NCBI GenBank assembly: GCA_965140785.1
Contig: OZ223517.1
Location: forward strand, 1-64,000
From: an uncultured Ruficoccus sp.
GTDB lineage: Bacteria; Verrucomicrobiota; Verrucomicrobiia; Opitutales; Cerasicoccaceae
Direction of reading: 5' to 3'
Length of the DNA stretch: 64,000 nucleotides
Shown: positions 38,748 through 49,353 of the stretch, piece after piece
Layout of the letters: each line of letters opens with the position of its first letter
Numbering within the stretch: the stretch's first letter is position 1
The notes under the pieces: model-generated
What the model was told of the DNA's origin: nothing
Seen by the model: the letters and a program-made list of their open reading frames with translations, nothing else
Database searches by the model: none
Made by a program: the position numbers and the translations under genes

Positions 38748-39790
38748 CCTGCGGCCAGCGCCTCCCGCGCCTTGTCCAGCATGGCGTCCACACTGATGCC
38801 TTGCAGGCCCTGCTCGCTGGCCTCACCGATTACCTGCCAGTGCTTGTCGCCAGCGGGCATCCATTCGACCAGGTTCTCGTACTGGCGGAACCAGGTAAAG
38901 GTCGGCGTGCCCACCATGAAGGCCAGGTTCATCGCCCCGGAGTCTCCGCCCAGGTGCAGCCGGGCTCCGGCGATGACGGCGGCCACCTCCAGCAGGGACA
39001 AGTCCCCGGCAAAGGCCCGCCACGGCTCGAACTCCAGCCCGTCCAGCAGCGTCCGAAACCGCCCAAGCTCGCGTTCGCTGGGCGCGCAGGAGAGGACGAG
39101 CTTACGCGCCGGCTCGGCCTCGTGGAGGCGGTTCAGAAAATCCGTCAGCAGCGGCAGGGGCAGCTCCTTGGTGTCGAGGGTGGTAAAGGGGCTGACGTGC
39201 AGGTACTCGCCCGGCTCGCCCAGCTTCTGCGCCACACGCTGACGCAGCTCGTCGGGGATTTCCACCCCGAAGCCCTCGTTGAACGGCGGGAAGCCCGCCC
39301 GGTCCAGGCACTGGCAGCGGGCGCGATAGACGGGCATCTTGCCGTGCGCGACGCTGACCCAGTCCGTGTAGCACCATTTCCAGAACATCGGCACCTTCGG
39401 CGGCACCCGCCCCAGGCGGTGAGGGGCGCGGCTGAAGGCGGTCAGGATGCTGGAGCGATCCGAGCCGTTGAGGTTGATGACGGCGTCGTAGTGGGTCCGG
39501 CGCAGTTGCCGCACGCGGGGCAGGTCGCGGACCAGGTTTTCCGACTTGGGAAAGCGCGGGTAGCCCAGCACCTGGTCGATCCAGGGGGTGAGCTGGAGGA
39601 TTTCCTTGATGTGGTCGGCCACCATGACGTGCAGCTCGGCCTCAGGAAGTGCTTGCCTGATACGGTGGCAGGCCGGTATCAGTTGAACCGTGTCTCCGAG
39701 AAAGCCCAGATCCAGCACCAGCACCTTGCGCGCCTCGCGGATCTTTTCATAAAAAACTCCCGCCCCCGGGCTGTCAGAAACGATATTCAC
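38744..39790 (-). CDS. GT9 glycosyltransferase
   Basis: LGFLGDTV and GGDSGAMNLA motifs; GTG start at 39790 is uncertain. Confidence 0.85.
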   Translation of the reverse strand: MNIVSDSPGAGVFYEKIREARKVLVLDLGFLGDTVQLIPACHRIRQALPEAELHVMVADHIKEILQLTPWIDQVLGYPRFPKSENLVRDLPRVRQLRRTHYDAVINLNGSDRSSILTAFSRAPHRLGRVPPKVPMFWKWCYTDWVSVAHGKMPVYRARCQCLDRAGFPPFNEGFGVEIPDELRQRVAQKLGEPGEYLHVSPFTTLDTKELPLPLLTDFLNRLHEAEPARKLVLSCAPSERELGRFRTLLDGLEFEPWRAFAGDLSLLEVAAVIAGARLHLGGDSGAMNLAFMVGTPTFTWFRQYENLVEWMPAGDKHWQVIGEASEQGLQGISVDAMLDKAREALAAG

Positions 39791-39791
39791 T

Positions 39792-40826
39792 GTGAAGAAG
39801 CTGAGGATTCTCGCCATCAAGTTCAAGTTTCTTGGTGACGTAATAATTATGCTGCCAGCCCTGCGCATGATCCGGCGTCATTGGCCGGAGGCCGAGCTGC
39901 ACGTGCTGGTAGCCGACGAGGCCGCCCCCTTCCTCCAGCGCCTGGACTGGATCGACCGCGTCTGGTCCTTCCCCCGCACCCGGGGAAAAATCCGCCTCGG
40001 CGACAGCTGGCCGAAGATCCGTGAGCTGCGCCGCCAGCAGTTTGACCGCTCGGTGGACTTCGTCGGCAACGACCGCGGCGCCATCCTCAGCCGCCTCATC
40101 GGGGCAAGCGAACGCCTCGGGGTGAGCGCCCCCAAGGGCTTTGCCGGGCGCAAGTGGTGCTACACCACCACGGTGGAGGAACTAGACCTGACCCGCCATG
40201 AGGTCGTGCGCGACGCCCATGTGCTCAGCGGCTGGGAAGTGCCTTTCCTACCCGAGGAAACCGTGGCCCGCCTGGCCCCGCCCCCTCCCGACCCGGAGGC
40301 GGAAAACCTCCTGCCCGCACCCCGGCCGGACTCGCCACAGGCCGGAACCGTCCTGTGCCACCTCTCCACCAGCCAGCCGAAAAAGGAATGGCCCGCCGCC
40401 CGCTGGGCCGAGCTGGGCCAAAAGCTGGCCGCAGCCGGCCACGCCGTCGCCTTCACTGCCGGGCCGACCGAACGCGAGCAGGCCCTCCTGCAAGCCCTGC
40501 GCGAGGCCGACCCGCAGGCCAAGGTCTTGCCCCGCTTCTCCACGCTGGACGCCTTCATCGCCGCCGTGGCCCGCGCCCGGCTCTTTATTTCGCCCGATAC
40601 CGCCCCGCTTCACCTGGCCGCCGGGCTCGGCGTACCCACGCTGGGGCTCTTCGGCCCGACCGCCTCCAGCCGCTGGGCTCCGCTGGGCGAGCGCAACCGC
40701 CACCTCCAGGGCGGCCTCTGCCCCTGCTCGGGGCACCTGCACACCTGCGCCCAGCCCGAACGCTGCCTGGACAGTATTTCGGTCGCTCACGTCCATGAAA
40801 CCGCGCTGGAGATGCTCGCCTCATGA
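39792..40826 (+). CDS. GT9 glycosyltransferase
   Basis: KFLGDVI and SPDTAPLHLAAGLGVPTLGLFGPT motifs. Confidence 0.9.
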   Translation: MKKLRILAIKFKFLGDVIIMLPALRMIRRHWPEAELHVLVADEAAPFLQRLDWIDRVWSFPRTRGKIRLGDSWPKIRELRRQQFDRSVDFVGNDRGAILSRLIGASERLGVSAPKGFAGRKWCYTTTVEELDLTRHEVVRDAHVLSGWEVPFLPEETVARLAPPPPDPEAENLLPAPRPDSPQAGTVLCHLSTSQPKKEWPAARWAELGQKLAAAGHAVAFTAGPTEREQALLQALREADPQAKVLPRFSTLDAFIAAVARARLFISPDTAPLHLAAGLGVPTLGLFGPTASSRWAPLGERNRHLQGGLCPCSGHLHTCAQPERCLDSISVAHVHETALEMLAS

Positions 40827-41623
40827 CCGCCCTTCCCTCAAAAAAGCTCCCCCTGAGCGTGTGCGTGATCGCCCACAACGAAGCCGAACGCATCCGGCGC
40901 TGCCTCGACAGCATAAAGCCCCTGGCCGACGAGATCGTGCTGGTTTACAACGACTGCACCGACGGCACCGAAGCCATCGCCCGCGACGAGTACGGGGCGA
41001 CGATTTTTGCAGAAACCTGGCACGGCCACCGCGACCAGAAGGCTATCGCCCTGGCCAAGGCCACCCGCCCCTGGGTGCTGTGCATCGATGCCGACGAGGT
41101 GCTCTCGCAGGAGCTGGCCGCCTCCATCCGGGCCTTTGTCGAGGCCGACGACCCGGCCTTCGCCGGGGCGATGTTCCCGCGCAAGGTGTGGTTCCTCGGG
41201 CGCTGGATCACCCACGGAGACTGGTACCCGGACACCAGCCTGCGCCTCCTGCGCAACGGCAAAGGCCGCTGGGGCGGCTCCCGTGAGCACGACAAGATCC
41301 TCCTCGACGGCCCGGCGAAAAAGCTCGCGGGCGACCTGCTGCACTTCAGCTTCCGCGACCTCAACCACCAGGCGAGCAAGATCACCTACTTCGCCGACAT
41401 CTTCGTCGAGCGCAAGGCGGCCAAGACCAAGCGTTGGCGCACCTTTCCGGTCGTCTTCCGCTCCTTCTGGCGCTTTTTCCGCGCCTACTTTATCCGCCGG
41501 GGCTTCCTCGACGGTTTCCCCGGTTTCTACATCGCGTTTTTCCAGGCCTTCGCCACCTTTTACCGCTACGCGCGGATTTATGAGACGAAGTTCGTGCGCC
41601 ACCCGAACCCGCCCCATGAGTAA
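40823..41623 (+). CDS. GT2 glycosyltransferase (WaaE/KdtX-like)
   Basis: IAHNEAERI, IDADE and RGFLDGFPG motifs. Confidence 0.88.
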   Translation: MTALPSKKLPLSVCVIAHNEAERIRRCLDSIKPLADEIVLVYNDCTDGTEAIARDEYGATIFAETWHGHRDQKAIALAKATRPWVLCIDADEVLSQELAASIRAFVEADDPAFAGAMFPRKVWFLGRWITHGDWYPDTSLRLLRNGKGRWGGSREHDKILLDGPAKKLAGDLLHFSFRDLNHQASKITYFADIFVERKAAKTKRWRTFPVVFRSFWRFFRAYFIRRGFLDGFPGFYIAFFQAFATFYRYARIYETKFVRHPNPPHE

Positions 41624-42782
41624 ACTTTCCGGCAAAAAAATCCTCTTTTACGAACCGCGCACCGAGGGGCACCACATGCTCTGGACCGGCCTCATCGTCG
41701 AGGCCCTGGCCGACAAGGGCTACGCCGTCACCGTGGCCGCCGACCTGCGCGACAACAAGGCCCTCACCATCCTGACCGAGAAGCACCCGCGGATAGCCGA
41801 GCGCAGCCGCTTCATCAGCCTGTACGGCCCGAATGGCGAGTTGCACGGGGGTGACGCCATGGCCGCCCTCGTCCACGCCTACGAGGAGGTCCGGCCCGAG
41901 GCGGTCTTCGTCAACAGCCTGGACGAGTTCGGCTCGCGCCTGCTGCGCAAGGCCACCTTCGGCGGCAACCCGCTCAAAAGCATCCGCTGCGGCCTCTCGG
42001 GTATCTACCACCGCCCGCGCTTCCTGGAGCCGGGCCTGAGCCCGCGTAACCTGAGCAAGAAGCTCGGCTTCGCCCGGCTCGACCGCGCCGGGATGTTTCG
42101 GCACGTTTTTTTGCTCGATGACACCCTCATTGGCCGCCCGGCGCTGGAGAAGCTCCGCACGCACTTTCACTATTGCCCGTGCCCGGCGGAGGGGGAGTTC
42201 ACCGCACCCCGCCAGGAGGCCCGCGCCCGGCTCGGCCTGCCCGACGACGTGCCTGTACTGCTACACTACGGCCTCGGCGCTCGCCGCAAAGGCCTGCACC
42301 TGTTGCTCAAGGCCCTGGAAAAGCTGCCTGCCTCGCTCGATTACCGGCTCGTGGTGGCCGGACGCCAACCCGCCGACGCCGAGTGGCTGCCCGCGCTTGA
42401 GCGCCTGGAAAAATCCGGCAAGGGCAAGGTGCTTAACTACTACATCTCCAGCCAGGAGGAGGCCGACTGCCTGCGCGCCGCCGACCTGGTGACCATCCCG
42501 TACCTCGGCCACTACGGCGTGGCCAACCTGCTCTCCCAGTCCGCCCTGGCCGAGCGCCCCGTGCTGGCCAGCGACCACCACCTGATCGGCAAAACCGTCG
42601 AAAACCACCGCCTCGGCTTCACTTTCAAGGATCAGGACGAGGCCGACCTGCGCCGCGTCCTGAGCGAGGTTTTAACCGACTTCCCAGCCTGGCGCGAACG
42701 CTTCACGCCCCAACTGCAAGCCTACGCCCGGCTGGTCAGCGTGGAAAACTTCCGCGCCGTCATCCAGTCGGTCGATTATTGA
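41616..42782 (+). CDS. GT4 (GT-B) glycosyltransferase
   Basis: EGHH, RRKGLHLL and ADLVTIPY motifs. Confidence 0.8.
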   Translation: MSKLSGKKILFYEPRTEGHHMLWTGLIVEALADKGYAVTVAADLRDNKALTILTEKHPRIAERSRFISLYGPNGELHGGDAMAALVHAYEEVRPEAVFVNSLDEFGSRLLRKATFGGNPLKSIRCGLSGIYHRPRFLEPGLSPRNLSKKLGFARLDRAGMFRHVFLLDDTLIGRPALEKLRTHFHYCPCPAEGEFTAPRQEARARLGLPDDVPVLLHYGLGARRKGLHLLLKALEKLPASLDYRLVVAGRQPADAEWLPALERLEKSGKGKVLNYYISSQEEADCLRAADLVTIPYLGHYGVANLLSQSALAERPVLASDHHLIGKTVENHRLGFTFKDQDEADLRRVLSEVLTDFPAWRERFTPQLQAYARLVSVENFRAVIQSVDY

Positions 42783-43014
42783 GCCTCATAACAAAAACGG
42801 TAAATTCAAAGTCATCCTGACCTGATGCTCTTTAACAGGAAGGGCGGGAAGTCCGCAAAAATATCCGTGTTTCATCCGCGTTCATCCGTGGCTAACTCTT
42901 TTATTTTATCTGCTGAAAGATGGTACGATTGTGCGACGGGCTTTTCCCCAGAACAACCTCGTGGGCTTCCTGTCTTAGGCGAGAGCTTCGTGACCCAATC
43001 GACTTTATAAGACC

Positions 43015-43752
43015 ATGACGACGAACCCCTTTGCTGGCATCCGCGCGGTCACCTTCGACGTGGCCGGGACGCTGCTGGTCCCCCACCCCTCGGTGGGCGA
43101 GCTCTACGCCCGCGCCTTGCAGAAGTTCGGAGGCCGCGCTGAGCCGGACGAGATTCAGCAGCGCTTCGGGCGGGCCTTCAAGCAGGTCAATGCCGGACCG
43201 CGCGGCGGCATTCTCGACCGCCCCGGCTGGCACGAAATCGTCGAGCTGACCTTCGCGGGCCTGTGCCCGCCGGAAAAGGTGGATGACCTCTTCGAGGCGC
43301 TCTGGGAGGGCTTCGCACGGGCTGAGAGCTGGCGGGTACTGCCCGGCACGCGCGAGCTGCTGACCGCGCTGCGCGGCCACGACTACAAGCTCGGCATCCT
43401 CTCCAACAACGACGAGCGCCTACGCCGCCTGCTCGCCGCGCTGCAGCTGGACGCCACCTTCGACGCCCTCATCCTCTCAGCCGAGGTCGGGGCGGGCAAG
43501 CCCGACCGGGCGATGTTCGAAGCGGCTGAGCAGGCCCTCGGCGAGGAGCCCGAGCACCTGCTCCACATCGGCGACACTCCGCATGAGGATATCGCCGGGG
43601 CCCTGGCGGCGGGCTGGCGGGCGATCCAGATCGGCGAGCGACTTTTCCCGTCCGACAAACCAGGGCCGGAAACGAACGACACCAGCGAGCTTCCGGCCAA
43701 CCTGTGGCGCGTGAAAGATTTGGGCGAACTCGCCGATTGCCTTGCAGACTAA
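43015..43752 (+). CDS. HAD-superfamily hydrolase (subfamily IA)
   Basis: FDVAGTL, ILSN, GKPD and HIGD...DIAGA motifs. Confidence 0.9.
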   Translation: MTTNPFAGIRAVTFDVAGTLLVPHPSVGELYARALQKFGGRAEPDEIQQRFGRAFKQVNAGPRGGILDRPGWHEIVELTFAGLCPPEKVDDLFEALWEGFARAESWRVLPGTRELLTALRGHDYKLGILSNNDERLRRLLAALQLDATFDALILSAEVGAGKPDRAMFEAAEQALGEEPEHLLHIGDTPHEDIAGALAAGWRAIQIGERLFPSDKPGPETNDTSELPANLWRVKDLGELADCLAD

Positions 43753-43776
43753 GGCAAAAGCTACTTGGTTGGAGAC

Positions 43777-44145
43777 ATGCACTTCCGGCGCGATGTCGAA
43801 AACCTGATTGCGACCCTGCGGGGGCTTCCCGCCAATCGCAGTCGCGCCAAACTGCGGAACACGACCAACCTCGACAACCTGGTCGAGGTGATCTTCGAGC
43901 GCCACCAGATCGGCAAAGACAACATCGAGGATGTCGTCATGGCCCACTGGAAGGAGATCGTGGGCGAGCGTACCGCCCACCGCTGCCGCCCGCAACGCCT
44001 GGTGCAGGGCCGCAAGCTGATCATCCTCGCCGGCAGCCCCGTCATCCGGCAGGAGTTGCAGTTCAACCAGAACCGCATCCTGCGCAAGCTCCACGCCCTG
44101 CCCGGCTGCCACACCATCAACGAGGTCGTCATCCTCAACGGCTGA
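43777..44145 (+). CDS. DUF721 / DciA family protein
   Basis: WKEIVGERTAHRCRP...IRQELQF pattern. Confidence 0.8.
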   Translation: MHFRRDVENLIATLRGLPANRSRAKLRNTTNLDNLVEVIFERHQIGKDNIEDVVMAHWKEIVGERTAHRCRPQRLVQGRKLIILAGSPVIRQELQFNQNRILRKLHALPGCHTINEVVILNG

Positions 44146-44609
44146 CCCGGGCATGTCCTGGACCCTCGGTGCTTCGCACCGGGATGCCTTTGTTGGGACA
44201 AAGGTATGATCTGTCGCCAGCAGTCCCATCTCCCGGCGGCGAACCGCAACCGGCTTGCATTACATAAAAATAGCTAATAAGGACTAAAATTACAGCTAAG
44301 TATGCCGATATACAGGTAGCGCGCAGTCGGAGTTCCGAAAGCCGCGCATCTACCCCTCACCCCTGATAATCACAATCCCCCATAGCACACCGCATACCAA
44401 CTAGGTTAATGGGAATCTCGCCAGTGCGTCCTAGCCGCTTCGGTTAATTCGTATCTGGCAAGCGGGCCGTAAGCACGCATACGGCCCGCTCCCGCGCTAC
44501 CGGCTTTAAACCGGTCACCTGTAAACTAGCGTGCACGCCGCTCCACAGGCGTATTTACGCGATAAGTAAAATACACCCGAAACGGCCGCCGCATCACCCC
44601 ACACCGCAC

Positions 44610-46235
44610 TTAGCGGGAGGACTTCCTCGTCGCCTTTTTCACGGCGGGAGGTTGCTTGACGCGGTTGAGATTTTTCAGCATCCCGTAGGCGATAAAAAGT
44701 AGGATGACTGCGAAAGGCAGCCCCGTGGCAATGGACGCCGTCTGCAAGGCAGTCAGGGCATGCTCGCCACCGACCAGCAGCAGGACCGCGGCCACCGCCC
44801 CCTCTGTCACCGCCCAGAAGATGCGCTGACGCACGGGCGGATCGGTGTGCCCGCCGGCGGTGATGATGTCGATCACCAGCGAGCCGCTGTCCGAGGAGGT
44901 GACGAAAAACAGCACGATCACCCCCACCGCGATGACGGACACGACCTTGACGAACGGGTAGCTCTTCAGCAGTTCGAACAGAGCGGTCGCCACGTTGGTA
45001 TTGACCGCTTCGGCCAAGGCCGTGTTGCCGTTCAGAAGTTCGAAGAGGGCGGCGTTGCCGAAGACGCTCAGCCAGAGGAAAGTCAGTGCCGTGGGCACAA
45101 AGAGCACGCCGAGCGTGAACTCCCGCACCGTGCGCCCCCGCGAAATACGCGCGATGAACATCCCCACAAACGGCGACCAGGCGATCCACCAAGCCCAGTA
45201 AAAAATGGTCCAGCCCTCGCGCCAGCCGTCACTCTGATAGGTATCCATCCAGGTGCTCAGTTCGAGCAAATGCTCCCCGTAAGCGCCCAGATTCTGAACG
45301 AAGCCGTCGAAGAAAAAGACCGTTGGCCCGACAAAGATAATGAACAGCATCAGGCCCAGTGCGAGCAGCATGTTGATCTCGCTCAGGCGGCGGATGCCGA
45401 CCTCCAGCCCAGAGACCACGCTCAGGGTGGCCAAAGCCGTGATGATGGCAATGAGCACCGCCTGCATGCCGGGGCTCTGCTCCAGCCCGAAGGCGTAGTT
45501 AAGCCCCGCGTTGACCTGCTTGACACCAAAGCCGAGCGAGGTGGCCACACCGAAAAGCGTCGCCACGCTGGCCACGATATCGACCAAGTTCCCCCACGGG
45601 CCGTCAACCCGCTTGCCCAGCAGCGGGTACAGGGTTGAACGGATGGTCAGCGGCAGCCCCTTGTTATAGGCATAATAGGCCAGAGCCAGCCCCATCATCG
45701 CGTAGATCCCCCAGGCGTGCAGCCCCCAGTGGAAGTACGTCACCGCCATGGCCATATTGGCCGCGCGGGCCGAGTTGGCCGGGATGCCCTCCAGCGGCGG
45801 GTTCTGGAAGTGGATGACCGGTTCGGCCACCGACCAGAAAACCAGGCCGATGCCCATCCCCGCGCTGAAAAGCATGGCCATCCAGGCCGTATAGCCGAAG
45901 TCCGGACGGGCCTGCTTCCCCCCCAGGCGGATGTCACCCCGCTTGGAGAAGATGAAGTACAGACACACCACCACGAAGGCGTTGACGACCAGGATGAAGA
46001 ACCAGTCAAAGGCCCGCGCCAGCGTGTTCTTCAGGATATCGAACCCGGTCAGCGCCTGCTCGCGAAAAAGCAGCGAGCCCACCACGAACAGGATGATGAG
46101 TGCGGCCGAAACGATGAAGACAGTCGGATGAAACGAGCTGTCTTCCTTCTTAAGCGGGTAGGTATTATCCGTCAGTTCAGCCGGAGGCTCCAGCGTGGTC
46201 AGGCTTTCTTTTTCTGGTAACTCAGAATTCCCCAT
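44610..46235 (-). CDS. BCCT family betaine/choline transporter
   Basis: MLFSAGMGIGLVFW, FHWGLHAW and WTIFYWAWWIAWSPFVGMFIARISRGRT motifs. Confidence 0.95.
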   Translation of the reverse strand: MGNSELPEKESLTTLEPPAELTDNTYPLKKEDSSFHPTVFIVSAALIILFVVGSLLFREQALTGFDILKNTLARAFDWFFILVVNAFVVVCLYFIFSKRGDIRLGGKQARPDFGYTAWMAMLFSAGMGIGLVFWSVAEPVIHFQNPPLEGIPANSARAANMAMAVTYFHWGLHAWGIYAMMGLALAYYAYNKGLPLTIRSTLYPLLGKRVDGPWGNLVDIVASVATLFGVATSLGFGVKQVNAGLNYAFGLEQSPGMQAVLIAIITALATLSVVSGLEVGIRRLSEINMLLALGLMLFIIFVGPTVFFFDGFVQNLGAYGEHLLELSTWMDTYQSDGWREGWTIFYWAWWIAWSPFVGMFIARISRGRTVREFTLGVLFVPTALTFLWLSVFGNAALFELLNGNTALAEAVNTNVATALFELLKSYPFVKVVSVIAVGVIVLFFVTSSDSGSLVIDIITAGGHTDPPVRQRIFWAVTEGAVAAVLLLVGGEHALTALQTASIATGLPFAVILLFIAYGMLKNLNRVKQPPAVKKATRKSSR

Positions 46236-47025
46236 GTCAACAGGCCAGCTTTGCCGGCGTCAATCCAGTGGCGTAAACCACGTTTCATATTAGCGATATA
46301 CTCAGAATTAATGGTGGCAGCAAGCTCCTGCTCGCGCTGTTCCAGATTGTCGAGCACGGCCTGATAATGGTTGGGAAGCTGCTCACTGCAACCCTCGAAA
46401 CCGACCTTTTCCCAGCCGAGTTCCTCAGCGTAGCGGTCGTAGTCGGCCACTGAGCCCATCGTTTCCAGATGAATGCGGTCCAGCACGGGCTGTAGCTGCG
46501 TCGTGTCCACCCCGCCCTTTTGCATCGGGTCGGTGAAGACGAAGCGCCCGCCGGGCTTGAGGATGCGGTCCACTTCCTTAAAGACCTGGAAACGGTCGCC
46601 GCTGTGCAGGATCGCGTCCTGCGACCAGACAATGTCGGCCAGGTTCTCGTCGAACGGCATGGCCTCGAAGTTGCCGTCCACCACGTCGATCAGGGCCGAC
46701 AGGGTCTGCTTCTCGTTCATCTGGCGGTTGCGCATGTTCTGCACGCCGCTCAGATTGAGGCAAAAGACGCGGTAGCCGTTTTCGCGGGCCAGGTAGCGGG
46801 CGGCCCCACCGTAGCCGGCGCCGATGTCCACCACCGTGCTCCCGGCGGCGAAGTCGCTCAGCTTCGCGGCCATGCGCTCGACGGTGCGTCGGCTGGCCTC
46901 GAAGATCGACTCTTCCTGACGCAGGTAGGTCCCGATGTGGATGTCCTCCCCACCCCAGATACGGTAGTAAAACTCGTCCGCGTCCTTGCTGTCGTAGTAC
47001 TGTTCGGTTTTTTCAACAACTTGAC

Positions 47026-47029
<4 letters not shown>
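46199..47029 (-). CDS. Sarcosine/dimethylglycine N-methyltransferase (SDMT)
   Basis: YYDSKDADEFY...WGGEDIHIG, DIGAGYGGAARYLA and WSQDAILH motifs. Confidence 0.9.
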
Positions 47030-47850
<821 letters not shown>

Positions 47851-47900
47851 AAATTCCTCTGTTTTAGTCGTTAATGTTCCCGCCCCGCGGCAGGATCGGT

Positions 47901-48473
47901 TCAGGCCTTGAGGTCGGGGCGTGTTTCCAGAATCGGAGCGGCCTCGACGTGTGTTTCCATCGCCGGCATGCCCTCCATCAGCTTGAGAATCTTCTCCAGG
48001 GACAGGGCGATGGTGGCCCGCTCCAGCTCCGGCAGTTGCTCCAGCCCCTCGGCCAGGCTGTCCTGCAAGGGCGAGGGCGAAGCCGCCACCAGGGCGCGGC
48101 CTTTTTCCGTCAGGTCGAGCCGGACCTTGCGCCGGTCCCGCGCCGAGCGTCGTCTCGCGGTCAGCCCGTGAGCCTCCAGCCGGTCGATGATTCCCACCAG
48201 CGTGCTCGGGCTCAGAAAGACTTCCTCCGACAACTCCTTGAGCGTCAAAGCCCCCAGCTCGTCGAGCTTGAGCAGGCAGATCAGCTGCGGCACGGTCACC
48301 CCGTGCTCCTGCGCCAGCTTGCGCGAATACACGTCCACCGACCGGATAATCCGCCGCAGGGACCGCAGGATACGCAGGTCGTAGCGCTCCTTGGGGACCA
48401 GCGGCAATACTTCCGGGTGCTCGGGCAGAGGAGTTTCCTCAGCCGACGTATTTTCGCCGTGGGTAAGAGACAT
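47901..48473 (-). CDS. MarR family regulator (EctR/CosR-like)
   Basis: ILRSLRRIIRSVDVYSRKL, LSPSTLVGIIDRLE and DRRKV motifs. Confidence 0.9.
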   Translation of the reverse strand: MSLTHGENTSAEETPLPEHPEVLPLVPKERYDLRILRSLRRIIRSVDVYSRKLAQEHGVTVPQLICLLKLDELGALTLKELSEEVFLSPSTLVGIIDRLEAHGLTARRRSARDRRKVRLDLTEKGRALVAASPSPLQDSLAEGLEQLPELERATIALSLEKILKLMEGMPAMETHVEAAPILETRPDLKA

Positions 48474-48486
48474 AGAGTGGCAAACT

Positions 48487-48500
48487 ATTCGTACACGAAT
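48487..48500. promoter_or_regulatory. Candidate MarR operator
   Basis: Palindrome ATTCGT-AC-ACGAAT about 14 bp upstream of the marR start. Confidence 0.55.
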
Positions 48501-48921
48501 GATTCGGTCAAGAACCTTATCGGGGCGGCACCCAAACGTGACAAGGCCCCGAAGGGGCAAATCTTCCGCGCCGGAATATCCGTATGCCCGAGCCTCTCTT
48601 ATTCACAGCCAGCCCGTGATATCGAACAGTGTTGTCCGTGGCTGGTCAGCGGACCGCAGGCACGCATGCGGTCCGCGCTATTTTCCGGCAAGGGCAGCTC
48701 CAGCCGGGGCTCCCCTTGCTGGAAAAAGACGGTGAAAAAGTCCTTGAAAGCCGGCCCCAAACCCACATGCTCCTTTCCTTTGCGTTAGAAGCCGACGGCC
48801 CGTTCGTCCGCTTCCGCGACCCAGCGCCTCCGGGCGCTGTTAACGGTATTTCCGGCGAGTGGCTGGAAATACGATCCCTCCTCCGAGGCGGTCCGGGTGT
48901 CGTGCAATAGAAAAAATCATT

Positions 48922-49188
48922 ATGGCTGAAGCTGTAGACAAGAACAAGGTTATCGAAGAATACAAGGTCCACGACAAGGACACCGGCTCGTGCGAAGTGC
49001 AGATTGCGCTTCTGACGGCCCGCGTAACCCACCTCACGAACCACCTGCGCACGCACCGGAAGGACTTCCACTCGCGCCGCGGGCTGATCGCGATGACCTC
49101 GCGCCGCAGAAAACTCCTCAACTACCTGAAGCGTACCCAACTCGACAAGTACAACGAGATCATCGGTCGCCTCGGTCTGCGCCGCTAG
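48922..49188 (+). CDS. rpsO: 30S ribosomal protein S15
   Basis: [13 protein letters not shown] and [11 protein letters not shown] motifs. Confidence 0.97.
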   Translation: MAEAVDKNKVIEEYKVHDKDTGSCEVQIALLTARVTHLTNHLRTHRKDFHSRRGLIAMTSRRRKLLNYLKRTQLDKYNEIIGRLGLRR

Positions 49189-49197
49189 TCCAGCAAA

Positions 49198-49228
49198 GGC
49201 CGCCATGCATCTGCCTGGCGGCTTTTTT
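49198..49228 (+). terminator. rpsO terminator
   Basis: GCCGCCA...TGGCGGC stem followed by T6. Confidence 0.6.
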
Positions 49229-49353
49229 ATAAACTTTGGGCTTGGCCCGTGCGCTAGCCGCATAAGCAGGCCCTGATAAAAAAACCCAAGCGTCATGCCG
49301 GCGCTTCCGACGTCCGATCCGTCCCCGGCATATCCAAGAATCATACATATCCT

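Noticed and set aside
42862..42892. ATCCGTG-like short repeats
   Set aside because: A single short intergenic REP-like remnant with no associated mobile gene.
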